In this document: piece after piece, positions 1-9,200 of the stretch
How positions within the stretch are numbered: the stretch's first letter is position 1
Layout of the letters: each line of letters begins with the position of its first letter
Assembly (NCBI GenBank): GCA_018267385.1
Contig: JAFDYN010000002.1
Location: forward strand, 130,548-194,547
Length of the DNA stretch: 64,000 bases
Reading direction: 5' to 3'
Source: Bacteroidota bacterium
Lineage (GTDB): Bacteria > Bacteroidota > Bacteroidia > Chitinophagales > LD1
Notes under the pieces: generated by a model
What the model saw: the letters and a program-made list of their open reading frames with translations, nothing else
Database searches by the model: none
What the model was told of the DNA's origin: nothing
Program-made: the position numbers and the translations under genes

Positions 1-1
1 C

Positions 2-1195
2 ACTAAAAAAAGCCTGCATGCTCTGTGGAAGCGCCATCACATCCCTACCATAGCGCTGCCGATACGCAATGATGTAGACATCTACGAGGTGATCTACAAA
101 GCCCCGTGGATAGACAGCTCTACCTGGATCAACTGCTCCGGCATAGCCTATGTACCTAAAACAAAAGGCAAGAAGGTACCGACATTTATGTTTGGCCATG
201 GTACGCAGATCAGCAAGGCGCGCGATATCACAGATGAGGACTCACAGCAGGGTGTCTGCCTGGGTTTTGCCGCTGATGGCTACCTGGCGCTATATCCCGA
301 CTACTATGGCATGGGCAAGGGCGACGGCCATCACCTCTACCAACACGCATGGAGTGAGGCGATGTCATACGTCTACATGCTCTACGCTGTGGAGGAGCTG
401 AAGAAACAACTGAACTATGAGACCAATGGACAACTTTTCCTGACGGGCTACTCTCAGGGAGGGCACTCTTCCTTTGCGGCACAGAAGTATATAGAGGCGC
501 TGCATGACCCACGCTTTAAGGTGACGGCTACCTCCCCAATGTCCGGCGCTTATGACATGACCGGTGAGCAGGCTAAGTACATGTTTGTGAAATACCCTAA
601 ACCTTTCTACCTGCCCTACCTGATCATCTCGTACCAGCTGGCATATCACATCTTCAACGATCCGAATGTCTACAATGCATTCCGCTCTCCGTATGATACG
701 CTGCTGCCGGGATTCTTTGGCGAGGTGCGGTCTAAAACCTATGACGACCTGGACAAGGTGATGCCCGCTGTACCGAGCGATGTGGTAAAGCCTGAGCTGG
801 TAGAGCGATTTAAAAATGACTCCAATTTCGTATTCCTGAAAAGGCTGCAGGAGAATAACCTGACCGACTGGGCCCCAGAGGCTCCTGTGCAACTCTGCTA
901 CTGCAAGGGTGACCGCGAGGTGAACTACAAGAACTCTGAAGTGGCCTACGAAAAAATATCTAAGGCCGGCAAGAAGGATATCAAGCTACTCAATCTATCA
1001 GACCATCTCGATCACAATACCTGCGCGGCCTTTGCAGTGCTCTCTACCAAGGCGTTTTTTGATCGCTTCAAAAAGAATGGTGAGAACCCGAAGCTGAAGG
1101 ACCTTACTCCATTCAAAAAGTGGGTGGCAAGCCTGGTGAAAAAGAAGATAGAGAAGCAGTACATGGCGGACGGCAAGGACCACGCGTATATGTAG
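2..1195 (+). CDS. alpha/beta hydrolase, secretory-lipase-like (5' end runs off the window)
   Basis: ORF 89..1195 begins at a GTG, but the same frame stays open back to nt 2, so the gene is cut by the window edge. It has a GYSQGG nucleophile-elbow motif. Confidence 0.6.
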   Translation, partial: TKKSLHALWKRHHIPTIALPIRNDVDIYEVIYKAPWIDSSTWINCSGIAYVPKTKGKKVPTFMFGHGTQISKARDITDEDSQQGVCLGFAADGYLALYPDYYGMGKGDGHHLYQHAWSEAMSYVYMLYAVEELKKQLNYETNGQLFLTGYSQGGHSSFAAQKYIEALHDPRFKVTATSPMSGAYDMTGEQAKYMFVKYPKPFYLPYLIISYQLAYHIFNDPNVYNAFRSPYDTLLPGFFGEVRSKTYDDLDKVMPAVPSDVVKPELVERFKNDSNFVFLKRLQENNLTDWAPEAPVQLCYCKGDREVNYKNSEVAYEKISKAGKKDIKLLNLSDHLDHNTCAAFAVLSTKAFFDRFKKNGENPKLKDLTPFKKWVASLVKKKIEKQYMADGKDHAYM

Positions 1196-1211
1196 GGCTA
1201 TCTGATCCGCA

Positions 1212-1925
1212 TCAGCATTTCAAAGTACCGATACCGTGCCATTCGTGTTCTACATTGGTCATTAAGAGTGCATGATCAAAATGCACTGAGCCTTTTGGGA
1301 AAACGACTTCATTTTCAAAGAAGCCAGAGGATACCTTTTTTACATTTAGTGGCGTGACTTTCCACTCATGAAGCATCAACTTCAGCCCATCAAATGAATT
1401 GCTGTCAGGCGAATAACCTGTACTTCCTTTTTCAAAGAAGTCCGAAGCATTTTTCAAGCTTTCGAAAATAGAGCCACTATTCAAATGTGAAGCAGTATCT
1501 GCCTCGATAGAAATAGTCGTTTTATCAGAACCTGTGACGTGAATATCATAATGGTCTGCTGTTTCCCTGGTATCAAACTGAGCAAGGTAGTGCCTGCCCG
1601 GAAACAGACGTCCACCAACCATTGCATTGAACCAAAGTGAAGTATCCCTACGGGGAATGTATACACCCTCATGCCTCACCCCTCCCTGATCCCACTCTAC
1701 GGCTATGCGGTGCGCAGCATTCTCTGAAGATATCCCGACAAAATCTGGTAATCCTTTTGGCTTAATGTTCTTGAGCCGGATCAGGCATACGCCAATAATG
1801 GCTTTCCCATTATAAGTCATTGGCCGAAAAGGCGCCGGTAAATAGCGACTAACCACATCTATATCTCCCACGTAATTGATCAGAATACGTCTGTCTATAT
1901 ATCCGTGGATAGTAGGAATCTTCAT
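1212..1925 (-). CDS. conserved hypothetical protein, DUF2071-like
   Basis: 237-aa ORF. Its N-terminal pattern (ILINY..D..VV..YLP.PF.P..YNGKAIIGVCLIRL) resembles the DUF2071 family as I remember it. Confidence 0.45.
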   Translation of the reverse strand: MKIPTIHGYIDRRILINYVGDIDVVSRYLPAPFRPMTYNGKAIIGVCLIRLKNIKPKGLPDFVGISSENAAHRIAVEWDQGGVRHEGVYIPRRDTSLWFNAMVGGRLFPGRHYLAQFDTRETADHYDIHVTGSDKTTISIEADTASHLNSGSIFESLKNASDFFEKGSTGYSPDSNSFDGLKLMLHEWKVTPLNVKKVSSGFFENEVVFPKGSVHFDHALLMTNVEHEWHGIGTLKC

Positions 1926-1930
1926 TTCGC

Positions 1931-4840
1931 TTAATTCTGATTGTCCTCCTCCAGCTTCTCCCTGAGGTAATAGCCGGTGTGCGATTCCTTGACCTTGACC
2001 AGTCCCTCAGGTGTGCCCTGATAGACCAGGTGGCCGCCCTCATCGCCGCCATCGGGGCCGAGATCTACTACCCAGTCTGCACATTTGATCACATCCATAT
2101 TGTGCTCTATGACCACCACGCTGTGACCTACCTCTATGAGCTGCTGGAAAGATGACATGAGCTTTTTGATATCATGAAAGTGGAGACCTGTAGTCGGCTC
2201 GTCAAAGATGAAGAGCAGAGGCTGTGTGGTTGAGCCCTTGGTGAGGAATGATGCAAGCTTGACACGCTGTGCCTCACCGCCAGAGAGCGTGGAGGATGAC
2301 TGGCCGAGCTTGACATAGCCGAGGCCTACATTGCGCAGTGGCGCGATGCGCTGTACGATGTCATTCTGCTCTGCAAAGAACTCTATAGCTTCATCTATGC
2401 TCAGCTCGAGGACGTCATAGACGTTCTTGTCTTTGTACATTACCTCCAGCACATCTTCCTTGAACTTACGACCATTGCAGACCTCACACTTCAGGTGAAC
2501 GTCTGCGAGGAACTGCATCTCTACGATCACTTCACCTTCGCCTTTGCAGTTCTCACAGCGGCCACCTTCGATATTGAATGAGAAAGTGCCTGCAGTGTAG
2601 CCACGAATCTTCGACAACTGCTGGCGGGCAAAGAGCTCACGGATAGCATCGTATGCCTTGACGTATGTGACAGGATTAGAGCGGGAGCTGCGGCCGAGTG
2701 GATTCTGATCTATCATCTCCACGCCGGTGATCTTCTTCATATCACCACGCAGCTCACGGTAGGAGCCCGGCTTCTCCCCTCCCCCATCAAACTGGCGCAT
2801 GAGAGCGGGATAAAGTATCTTCTTGATCAGTGTCGTCTTGCCAGAGCCGCTCACGCCGGTCACCACCACGAGCGAGTTGAGCGGGAACTTGGCATCTACA
2901 TCTTTCAGGTTGTGCTGTGTGGCACCGATGATGGAGATAGAGTTTGCTGTGCGGCGGCGGATGCGGTCGTAGTCTATTTTGAGGTCGCCCTTCAGGTATT
3001 TGCCGGTCAGGCTGTGTTTGTCTTTGGTGATGTCTTTGGCTGGGCCATTATAGACCACCTCACCGCCGTGTATACCGGCCTCGGGACCCATGTCTACTAT
3101 GTGGTCGCAGGCCTTCATGATGTCCTCATCGTGCTCTACTACGATCACAGTATTGCCGAGGTCACGTAGATTCTTCAGCACATCTATGAGGCGGGCTGTA
3201 TCGCGCTGATGGAGGCCTATGCTCGGCTCATCGAGGATATACATAGAGGAGGTGAGGTTGCTACCTATGGAGCGGGTCAGGTTGATACGCTGCGTCTCGC
3301 CGCCGCTGAGCGTATTGGAGAGGCGATTCAGCGTAAGGTAGCCCAGGCCTACATCCATCATGGTCTGCAGGCGGCTATTGACCTCCAGTAAAATTCGGTC
3401 CGCTACCTTCTTATCCTCCGTACCGAGCTTGATCTCTTTGAACCATGCATAGAGATCCTTGATAGGAGTCATGAGCAGCTCGGAGATATCTTTGCCGGCT
3501 ATTTTCACATACTGTGCGTCTTTACGGATGCGGGAGCCGTGGCACTCGGGGCAGGTCGTTTTGCCTCGATAGCGGGAGAGCATGACGCGGTATTGTATCT
3601 TGTAGCTTTTCTCCTCCAGGTACTGGAAGAAATAGGTAAGCCCCTGGAAGTATTCATTGCCCGTCCAGAGAAGTTTCTTCTCCTCGGCAGTAAGATCTTT
3701 GTAAGCGCGATGGATAGGGAAGTCAAAGTAGATGCCCTTCTTCAATATCGGCTCCAGCCACTCGCTCATCTTCTCGCCACGCCATGGGGCTATGGCACCT
3801 TCATAGAGTGACAGACCCTTATCCGGTACGATGAGATCCTCGTCGATGCCGATCACTGAGCCAAATCCCTCACAATTTTTGCAGGCACCGTAAGGGTTAT
3901 TGAAGTTGAATAGATTCTGCGACGGCAGCTCGAAGCTCATACCATCTGCTTCAAATTTATTGTTGAAGACTAGCTCTGCCCCCAAACCCCCAAAGGGGGC
4001 TTTAACAGCAGTTTTCTTAGTCGCCGTTAAGCCCTCCCCTTCGGGGAGGGTTTGGGGGGGGCTGAGTTCAGTCTCTACATAGCATTCATTTCCACCTTCA
4101 TTGAAGGCTGTAAGCACAGAGTCTGCCACGCGGGATTTCAGCTCTTCTTCCTGCTTCACGATGATACGGTCTACGAGGACTTTGACTGTTTTATCTTTTG
4201 ATTTAGCGATCTCTGGCCTGTCTATCAGGTCTTCTATCTTGGCCACGTTGCCGTCCCACTTCATACGGGTGAAACCCTTTTGCAGCAAGAGCTTCAGCTC
4301 TTCATTAAGTTTTGTTTTGACGGGTGCATCATAGTAGATGAAAGCTTTGGTGCCCTCGGTGAGAGAGAAGATATAGTCCACCACATCCACCACTTCATGC
4401 TTGGTCACGAGTTGGCCGGAGACGGGAGAATAGGTTTTACCCAGGCGTGCATAGAGCAGACGGAGATAGTCATAGATCTCCGTGAGAGAACCTACGGTCG
4501 AGCGGGTCGTGCGCGTAGATACTTTCTGCTCTATGGCGATGGCGGGGCAGAGACCTTTGATGTAGTCTACGTCTGGTTTGTCCATGCGGCTGAGGAACTG
4601 GCGCGCATAAGAGGTCAGGCTCTCTACATAGCGGCGCTGGCCCTCGGCGTAGAGCGTGTCTATGGATAGGGATGACTTGCCCGAGCCGGAAACACCGGTG
4701 AAAACGATGAACTGATTTTTGGGCAGCTCGAGGTCCACATTTTTGAGGTTGTGCACGCGGGCACCTTTGATGAGGATCTTTGTATCGGCTTGTTTCTTTA
4801 TAGGGAGGTCAGTACCTTTTTTAGTGCTGGTGGTAGGCAT
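1931..4840 (-). CDS. uvrA: excinuclease ABC subunit A
   Basis: 969 aa with two ABC ATPase modules (GVSGSGKSS and GVSGSGKTT Walker A motifs, LSGGE signatures, VIVVEHD/VVVIEHN) and UvrA-typical zinc-module context. Confidence 0.97.
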   Translation of the reverse strand: MPTTSTKKGTDLPIKKQADTKILIKGARVHNLKNVDLELPKNQFIVFTGVSGSGKSSLSIDTLYAEGQRRYVESLTSYARQFLSRMDKPDVDYIKGLCPAIAIEQKVSTRTTRSTVGSLTEIYDYLRLLYARLGKTYSPVSGQLVTKHEVVDVVDYIFSLTEGTKAFIYYDAPVKTKLNEELKLLLQKGFTRMKWDGNVAKIEDLIDRPEIAKSKDKTVKVLVDRIIVKQEEELKSRVADSVLTAFNEGGNECYVETELSPPQTLPEGEGLTATKKTAVKAPFGGLGAELVFNNKFEADGMSFELPSQNLFNFNNPYGACKNCEGFGSVIGIDEDLIVPDKGLSLYEGAIAPWRGEKMSEWLEPILKKGIYFDFPIHRAYKDLTAEEKKLLWTGNEYFQGLTYFFQYLEEKSYKIQYRVMLSRYRGKTTCPECHGSRIRKDAQYVKIAGKDISELLMTPIKDLYAWFKEIKLGTEDKKVADRILLEVNSRLQTMMDVGLGYLTLNRLSNTLSGGETQRINLTRSIGSNLTSSMYILDEPSIGLHQRDTARLIDVLKNLRDLGNTVIVVEHDEDIMKACDHIVDMGPEAGIHGGEVVYNGPAKDITKDKHSLTGKYLKGDLKIDYDRIRRRTANSISIIGATQHNLKDVDAKFPLNSLVVVTGVSGSGKTTLIKKILYPALMRQFDGGGEKPGSYRELRGDMKKITGVEMIDQNPLGRSSRSNPVTYVKAYDAIRELFARQQLSKIRGYTAGTFSFNIEGGRCENCKGEGEVIVEMQFLADVHLKCEVCNGRKFKEDVLEVMYKDKNVYDVLELSIDEAIEFFAEQNDIVQRIAPLRNVGLGYVKLGQSSSTLSGGEAQRVKLASFLTKGSTTQPLLFIFDEPTTGLHFHDIKKLMSSFQQLIEVGHSVVVIEHNMDVIKCADWVVDLGPDGGDEGGHLVYQGTPEGLVKVKESHTGYYLREKLEEDNQN
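3978..4061. repeat. 84-bp palindromic (REP/MITE-like) element inserted in frame in uvrA
   Basis: Terminal inverted repeats GCCCCCAAACCC and GGGTTTGGGGGGGGC, an inner imperfect palindrome, and a CCCTCCCC-TTCG-GGGGAGGG hairpin. It encodes about 28 extra low-complexity residues (LSPPQTLPEGEGLTATKKTAVKAPFGGLGA) where UvrA sequences I recall have only a short linker. Confidence 0.6.
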
Positions 4841-4958
4841 CAGAAATATTTATGCTTTTGCGCCCGGAGGCAAGCTGCGAAGATAAGGGTTTTGGGGCGC
4901 ATCTATATTACATGGGCGGAGTATAGGGGATGTGTTAAGAAGTTTTGGGGAGTTACCA

Positions 4959-4990
4959 GCCCCTGAATCCCCAAAGTGGACTTTAACAGC
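4959..4990. repeat. partial (left-arm) copy of the uvrA palindromic element, in the uvrA upstream intergenic region
   Basis: GCCCCTGAATCCCCAAAGTGGACTTTAACAGC compared with GCCCCCAAACCCCCAAAGGGGGCTTTAACAGC at 3978 matches at about 26 of 32 positions by eye. Confidence 0.45.
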
Positions 4991-5364
4991 CAGGGAACCG
5001 CAGAGACACAGAGCCGGAGCGGAAAATTGCTTTAAAAAGCTACATGACCTTTGTAAAGTTTAACCTGAAAAATAATTTTTACAATTATTTGGAAATACAG
5101 GAATACCTCCATAGCTTTGGATATATCCAAAACAAAAAGGCTATAGAGTAATCTTCTACTTTCAGTAATGCAGACCGTGAGGAATCAGTGAATAGAGTGT
5201 CTGCGCGCCTTGTTAATCAATTTTATAATCATATTTCGACAGTAGCAGTAGCTGCATTTTGCATTTGTCCTGATACACCGCTCCGGCTACTCCACTACTA
5301 AAAAACATCTGCCTATCGCTGCATAGACTCTACTTTTTAGATCACCACTTAAAACAGTACGTCT

Positions 5365-5961
5365 ATGCGCACACCACTCATGACAGACCAGGAACTGCTC
5401 AGGCAGTACCTCTCCGGCTCAGAAACGGCCTTCGAACGCCTTGTAGCCCGCCACAAAGACAAGGTCTATACCTCTATCTACATGATGGTGAAAGATGCCT
5501 ACCTGGCAGAGGATATCTTTCAGGAGACCTACATCAAGGTGATAGATACGCTGCGCTCCGGCAAGTATAACGACGAGGGCAAATTTATCCAGTGGGTGAT
5601 GCGTATCGCCTACAACCTGTGCATAGACTACTTCCGCAAAGTGAAGCGCGGGCCCGGTATCGTGACAAGCGAGGGTGACGATATCTTTAAGTACATGAAG
5701 TTTGACGAGGTGCCGCATGACGTCCATATGGATGTGATGAAGGGCGAAAACAAACTGAAAGACCTGATCGAGATGCTGCCTGAGGAGCAAAAAGAAGTGG
5801 TGATGCTCCGCCATTATTTCGACTTCAGCTTTAAGGAGATAGCAGAATATACCGGCGTGAGTATCAATACCTCTCTGGGCCGGATGCGCTACGCCCTGAT
5901 CAACCTGCGCAAGCTGATAGAAAAACACAATGTAGATGTGAGCCGCATCAACATAGGATAA
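5365..5961 (+). CDS. RNA polymerase sigma-70 family (ECF-type) sigma factor
   Basis: 198 aa with a region 2 (DIFQETYIKV) and a region 4 HTH (VVMLRHYFDFSFKEIAEYTGVSINTSLGRMRYA). Confidence 0.85.
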   Translation: MRTPLMTDQELLRQYLSGSETAFERLVARHKDKVYTSIYMMVKDAYLAEDIFQETYIKVIDTLRSGKYNDEGKFIQWVMRIAYNLCIDYFRKVKRGPGIVTSEGDDIFKYMKFDEVPHDVHMDVMKGENKLKDLIEMLPEEQKEVVMLRHYFDFSFKEIAEYTGVSINTSLGRMRYALINLRKLIEKHNVDVSRINIG

Positions 5962-5986
5962 GTCTTTGATTGTTCTCGATAAAAGC

Positions 5987-6022
5987 GCCGCTATCTGTGT
6001 ATCAGATGGCGGCTTTGTTTTG
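5987..6022 (+). terminator. rho-independent terminator after the sigma factor gene
   Basis: GCCGCTATCTG - 5-nt loop - CAGATGGCGGC stem, followed by TTTGTTTTG. Confidence 0.6.
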
Positions 6023-6219
6023 TCACTATCCTCTCTCATCACAGGGATCTGAAGAAGATCTTATAGGTGTAAAAAATTGGCTTTAAAAACAATTTTCGCT
6101 TAGCGATTACAAGCAGCTAATGACATATAAAACTGGCTATCAGATATCTGCTTTTTATATCAAAATAAAACAATAAGCCTATTGTTAAAAGCCTATCTTT
6201 AATACCAGAAACCCCTTTT

Positions 6220-9200
6220 ATGAAGAAAGTACCTATACTTCTCTGCGCCTTTTTATTGTCCTTCATCTCTTTCGCTCAGGCTCCCCCTCAGGGTATCAGC
6301 TACCAGGCCGTAGTGCGGAACGCATCAGGAGCGATAGTAGCCAATACACATGTGTCGATCCGCTTTACGATCCATGACCAAACTGCTACCGGTACGGTAG
6401 TCTTTCAGGAGACGCATGCGCAGAATACCAATCAATTTGGCCTTTTCAATGCCGTGATCGGCACCGGCGGTGGCAATCTGGGCACCGTAGCCTGGGGTAG
6501 CGGTCCTAAGTTTCTGCAGGTAGAGGTAGATATAAACGGCGGCGGTAGCTATACAGATATGGGTACCAATCAGCTGATGAGCGTGCCCTATGCCCTGTAT
6601 GCAGGCAATGGCGGCGGTGGCGCTACGGGTGCTACAGGGCCGCGGGGAGCCACAGGTGCCACTGGCGGTGTAGGCAATACCGGGCCCACCGGGGCTACTG
6701 GTGCAGGCGGTGGTGCTACAGGACCCACCGGCAATGATGGTGCTACAGGAGCACAAGGGCCTACCGGTGCGACAGGAAGTAATGGTGCGACAGGTGCCCA
6801 AGGCAATACGGGACCTATGGGTCCGACTGGTAACGATGGACCAGCCGGACCGACCGGTGGAGACGGCATGACAGGTCCGCAAGGAAATACAGGAGCTGAT
6901 GGAGTGACCGGACCTACCGGTGCTGATGGTATCACAGGTCCACAAGGAAATACTGGGACTGATGGCTCGACAGGACCAACAGGACCGACAGGACCTACTG
7001 GATCTGGCGGAGGCGCAACTGGACCAACGGGACTGACTGGTCCTACAGGTCCATCTGGAGTAGGAGGCGGTGCAACAGGGCCCACTGGTCCATCTGGTAA
7101 TGATGGAGCAACGGGGCCGACCGGCCCATCCGGAATAGATGGTGTTACCGGCCCAACAGGTGCGGGAATCACAGGACCAACTGGTCCTGCTGGTATTGAC
7201 GGCGCCACTGGTCCTACTGGTTCCGGTGGTGGCGCCACAGGACCAACCGGCCCTACCGGACCTACAGGCGTGGGAGGTGGTGCCACTGGTCCGACAGGCC
7301 CTTCGGGCAATGATGGAGTGACGGGGCCGACAGGTGCAAATGGAACGAATGGTGCTACTGGTCCATCAGGTGCTGATGGAGTCACTGGCCCTACAGGAGC
7401 AAATGGCACTAACGGTAATACAGGACCTACCGGCCCTTCGGGTGCTGATGGAGCTGCGGGGAGCACTGGTGCACAGGGACCAACCGGACCTACTGGTACG
7501 GGCGGAGGCGCTACCGGACCGACAGGACCGACAGGACCATCTGGCAATGATGGCGCGGCAGGTGCTACCGGCGTGCAAGGTGTAACAGGACCGACTGGAG
7601 CTAACGGACTCAACGGAGCTACGGGGCCATCCGGTGCAGATGGCGCAGCAGGTCCTACCGGGCCCACAGGCGCTACAGGTGTGGGAGGAGGTGCCACAGG
7701 ACCGACTGGACCATCTGGCAATGATGGCGCAACTGGTGCTTCCGGCGCGCAAGGTATCACAGGACCAACTGGTGCTAATGGACTCAACGGAGCTACCGGT
7801 CCATCTGGTGCAGACGGCGCTACAGGACCTACCGGACCCACAGGCGCTACCGGCGTAGGTGGGGGTGCCACGGGGCCTACTGGTCCGTCAGGTGTAGATG
7901 GTGTCGCGGGCTCTACTGGTGCGCCGGGTATAACAGGACCTACAGGTGCTAATGGAATAAATGGAGCTACAGGGCCATCGGGTATAGATGGCGCTGCGGG
8001 ACCTACCGGACCCACAGGCGCTACCGGCGTAGGTGGGGGTGCCACGGGGCCGACAGGACCCACGGGTAGCAATGGCAACAATGGCGCCACAGGACCATCT
8101 GGTGCTGACGGTAGTGCCGGACCTACAGGCGCTCAGGGTGCTACGGGTGCACAAGGAACGACAGGAGCACAAGGGCCGGCAGGAAATGATGGCGCTACAG
8201 GACCACAAGGCAATACAGGCTCAGCAGGACCTACAGGCTCGACTGGTGCGCAAGGACCTACCGGAGCACAAGGACCGGCAGGAAGTGATGGTGCTACAGG
8301 ACTGCAAGGCACTACAGGCTCAGCAGGCCCCACGGGCCCGGCAGGTGCACAAGGACCTACAGGTAACGCAGGACCTACCGGAGCACAAGGACCAGCAGGA
8401 AATGATGGCGCTACAGGACCGCAAGGCACTACAGGCTTAACAGGGCCCACAGGTCCGGCAGGGGCACAAGGACCTACCGGTAATGATGGCCCTACCGGCC
8501 CTCAGGGAGCCACGGGGCCTAGCGGCTCACTAGATGCGTGGAGCCTGACCGGCAATTCCGGTACGACTCCGGGCACTAACTTCATCGGGACGATAGACTC
8601 TACTGATTTTGTAGTGAAGACTGATAACATCGAAGCGATGCGCGTACGTGCTAACAGGTATGTCGGTATTGGTACGACCACTCCTGCATTCCCGCTGGAG
8701 GTAGCTACTCCATCGCAATTTGCGGCTGCTATACATATCATCCCGGCTACTACTGGCAGGCGTGCGTCTATGCAGATAGGAGACTGGCAGGCGCTGGAAG
8801 ACGTATCGGGCAATGGTGTACGAAACTTTGCGATTTACCAAAACGCTACAGGTAAACAACGCTTTGATATAGATACTAATGGCTATATCGGTATCGGTAC
8901 GCTGAAGCCCGGCTCACCGGTGGTCATAGCCAGCCCATTGCTCAATTCAGGTGTTTTCAAAGTAGGAACACTTAGCACGGATCCTGATGAAACCTGGTGG
9001 ATGGGCTTCAATTCATCTGTGAATACACTACTGGCACCGAGCAGCGCAGATGGTACAGATCGTGCACGGATAGGCGTCAATCTGGACGGAACGGGCCGTG
9101 GCCGCTTGTTCTTTACCACAGGCAATGCAGGTACGCAGGTAGAGCGCATGCGCATAGATGAGACCGGTCTGGTGGGCATCGGCACCTCCACTCCTACTAC

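Noticed and set aside
5419-6042. 207-aa ORF antisense to the sigma factor. The same situation applies at 40147..40926 (antisense to porX), 20964..21626, 53375..54124, 48994..49653, 37806..38333 and 365..892.
   Set aside because: Each overlaps a gene with strong family motifs on the other strand, and each has unnatural composition.
5962-6219. Anti-sigma factor expected downstream of the ECF-type sigma factor.
   Set aside because: There is no ORF between the sigma gene and the fibre gene. A terminator follows the sigma gene directly.
6588-8090. 500-aa Pro-rich ORF on the minus strand, plus several 60-135-aa ORFs on both strands between 6325 and 8450.
   Set aside because: These are mirror-image artefacts of the Gly-X-Y codon repeat (GGN NNN NNN read antisense gives Pro/Val/Ala-rich frames). 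The plus-strand 1866-aa frame has a signal peptide and recognisable terminal domains.
6610-8526. Possible CRISPR array, given the regular tandem repeats here and at 51470..51850.
   Set aside because: The repeats are in-frame coding units with no unique spacers between conserved repeats, no cas genes and no leader sequence.
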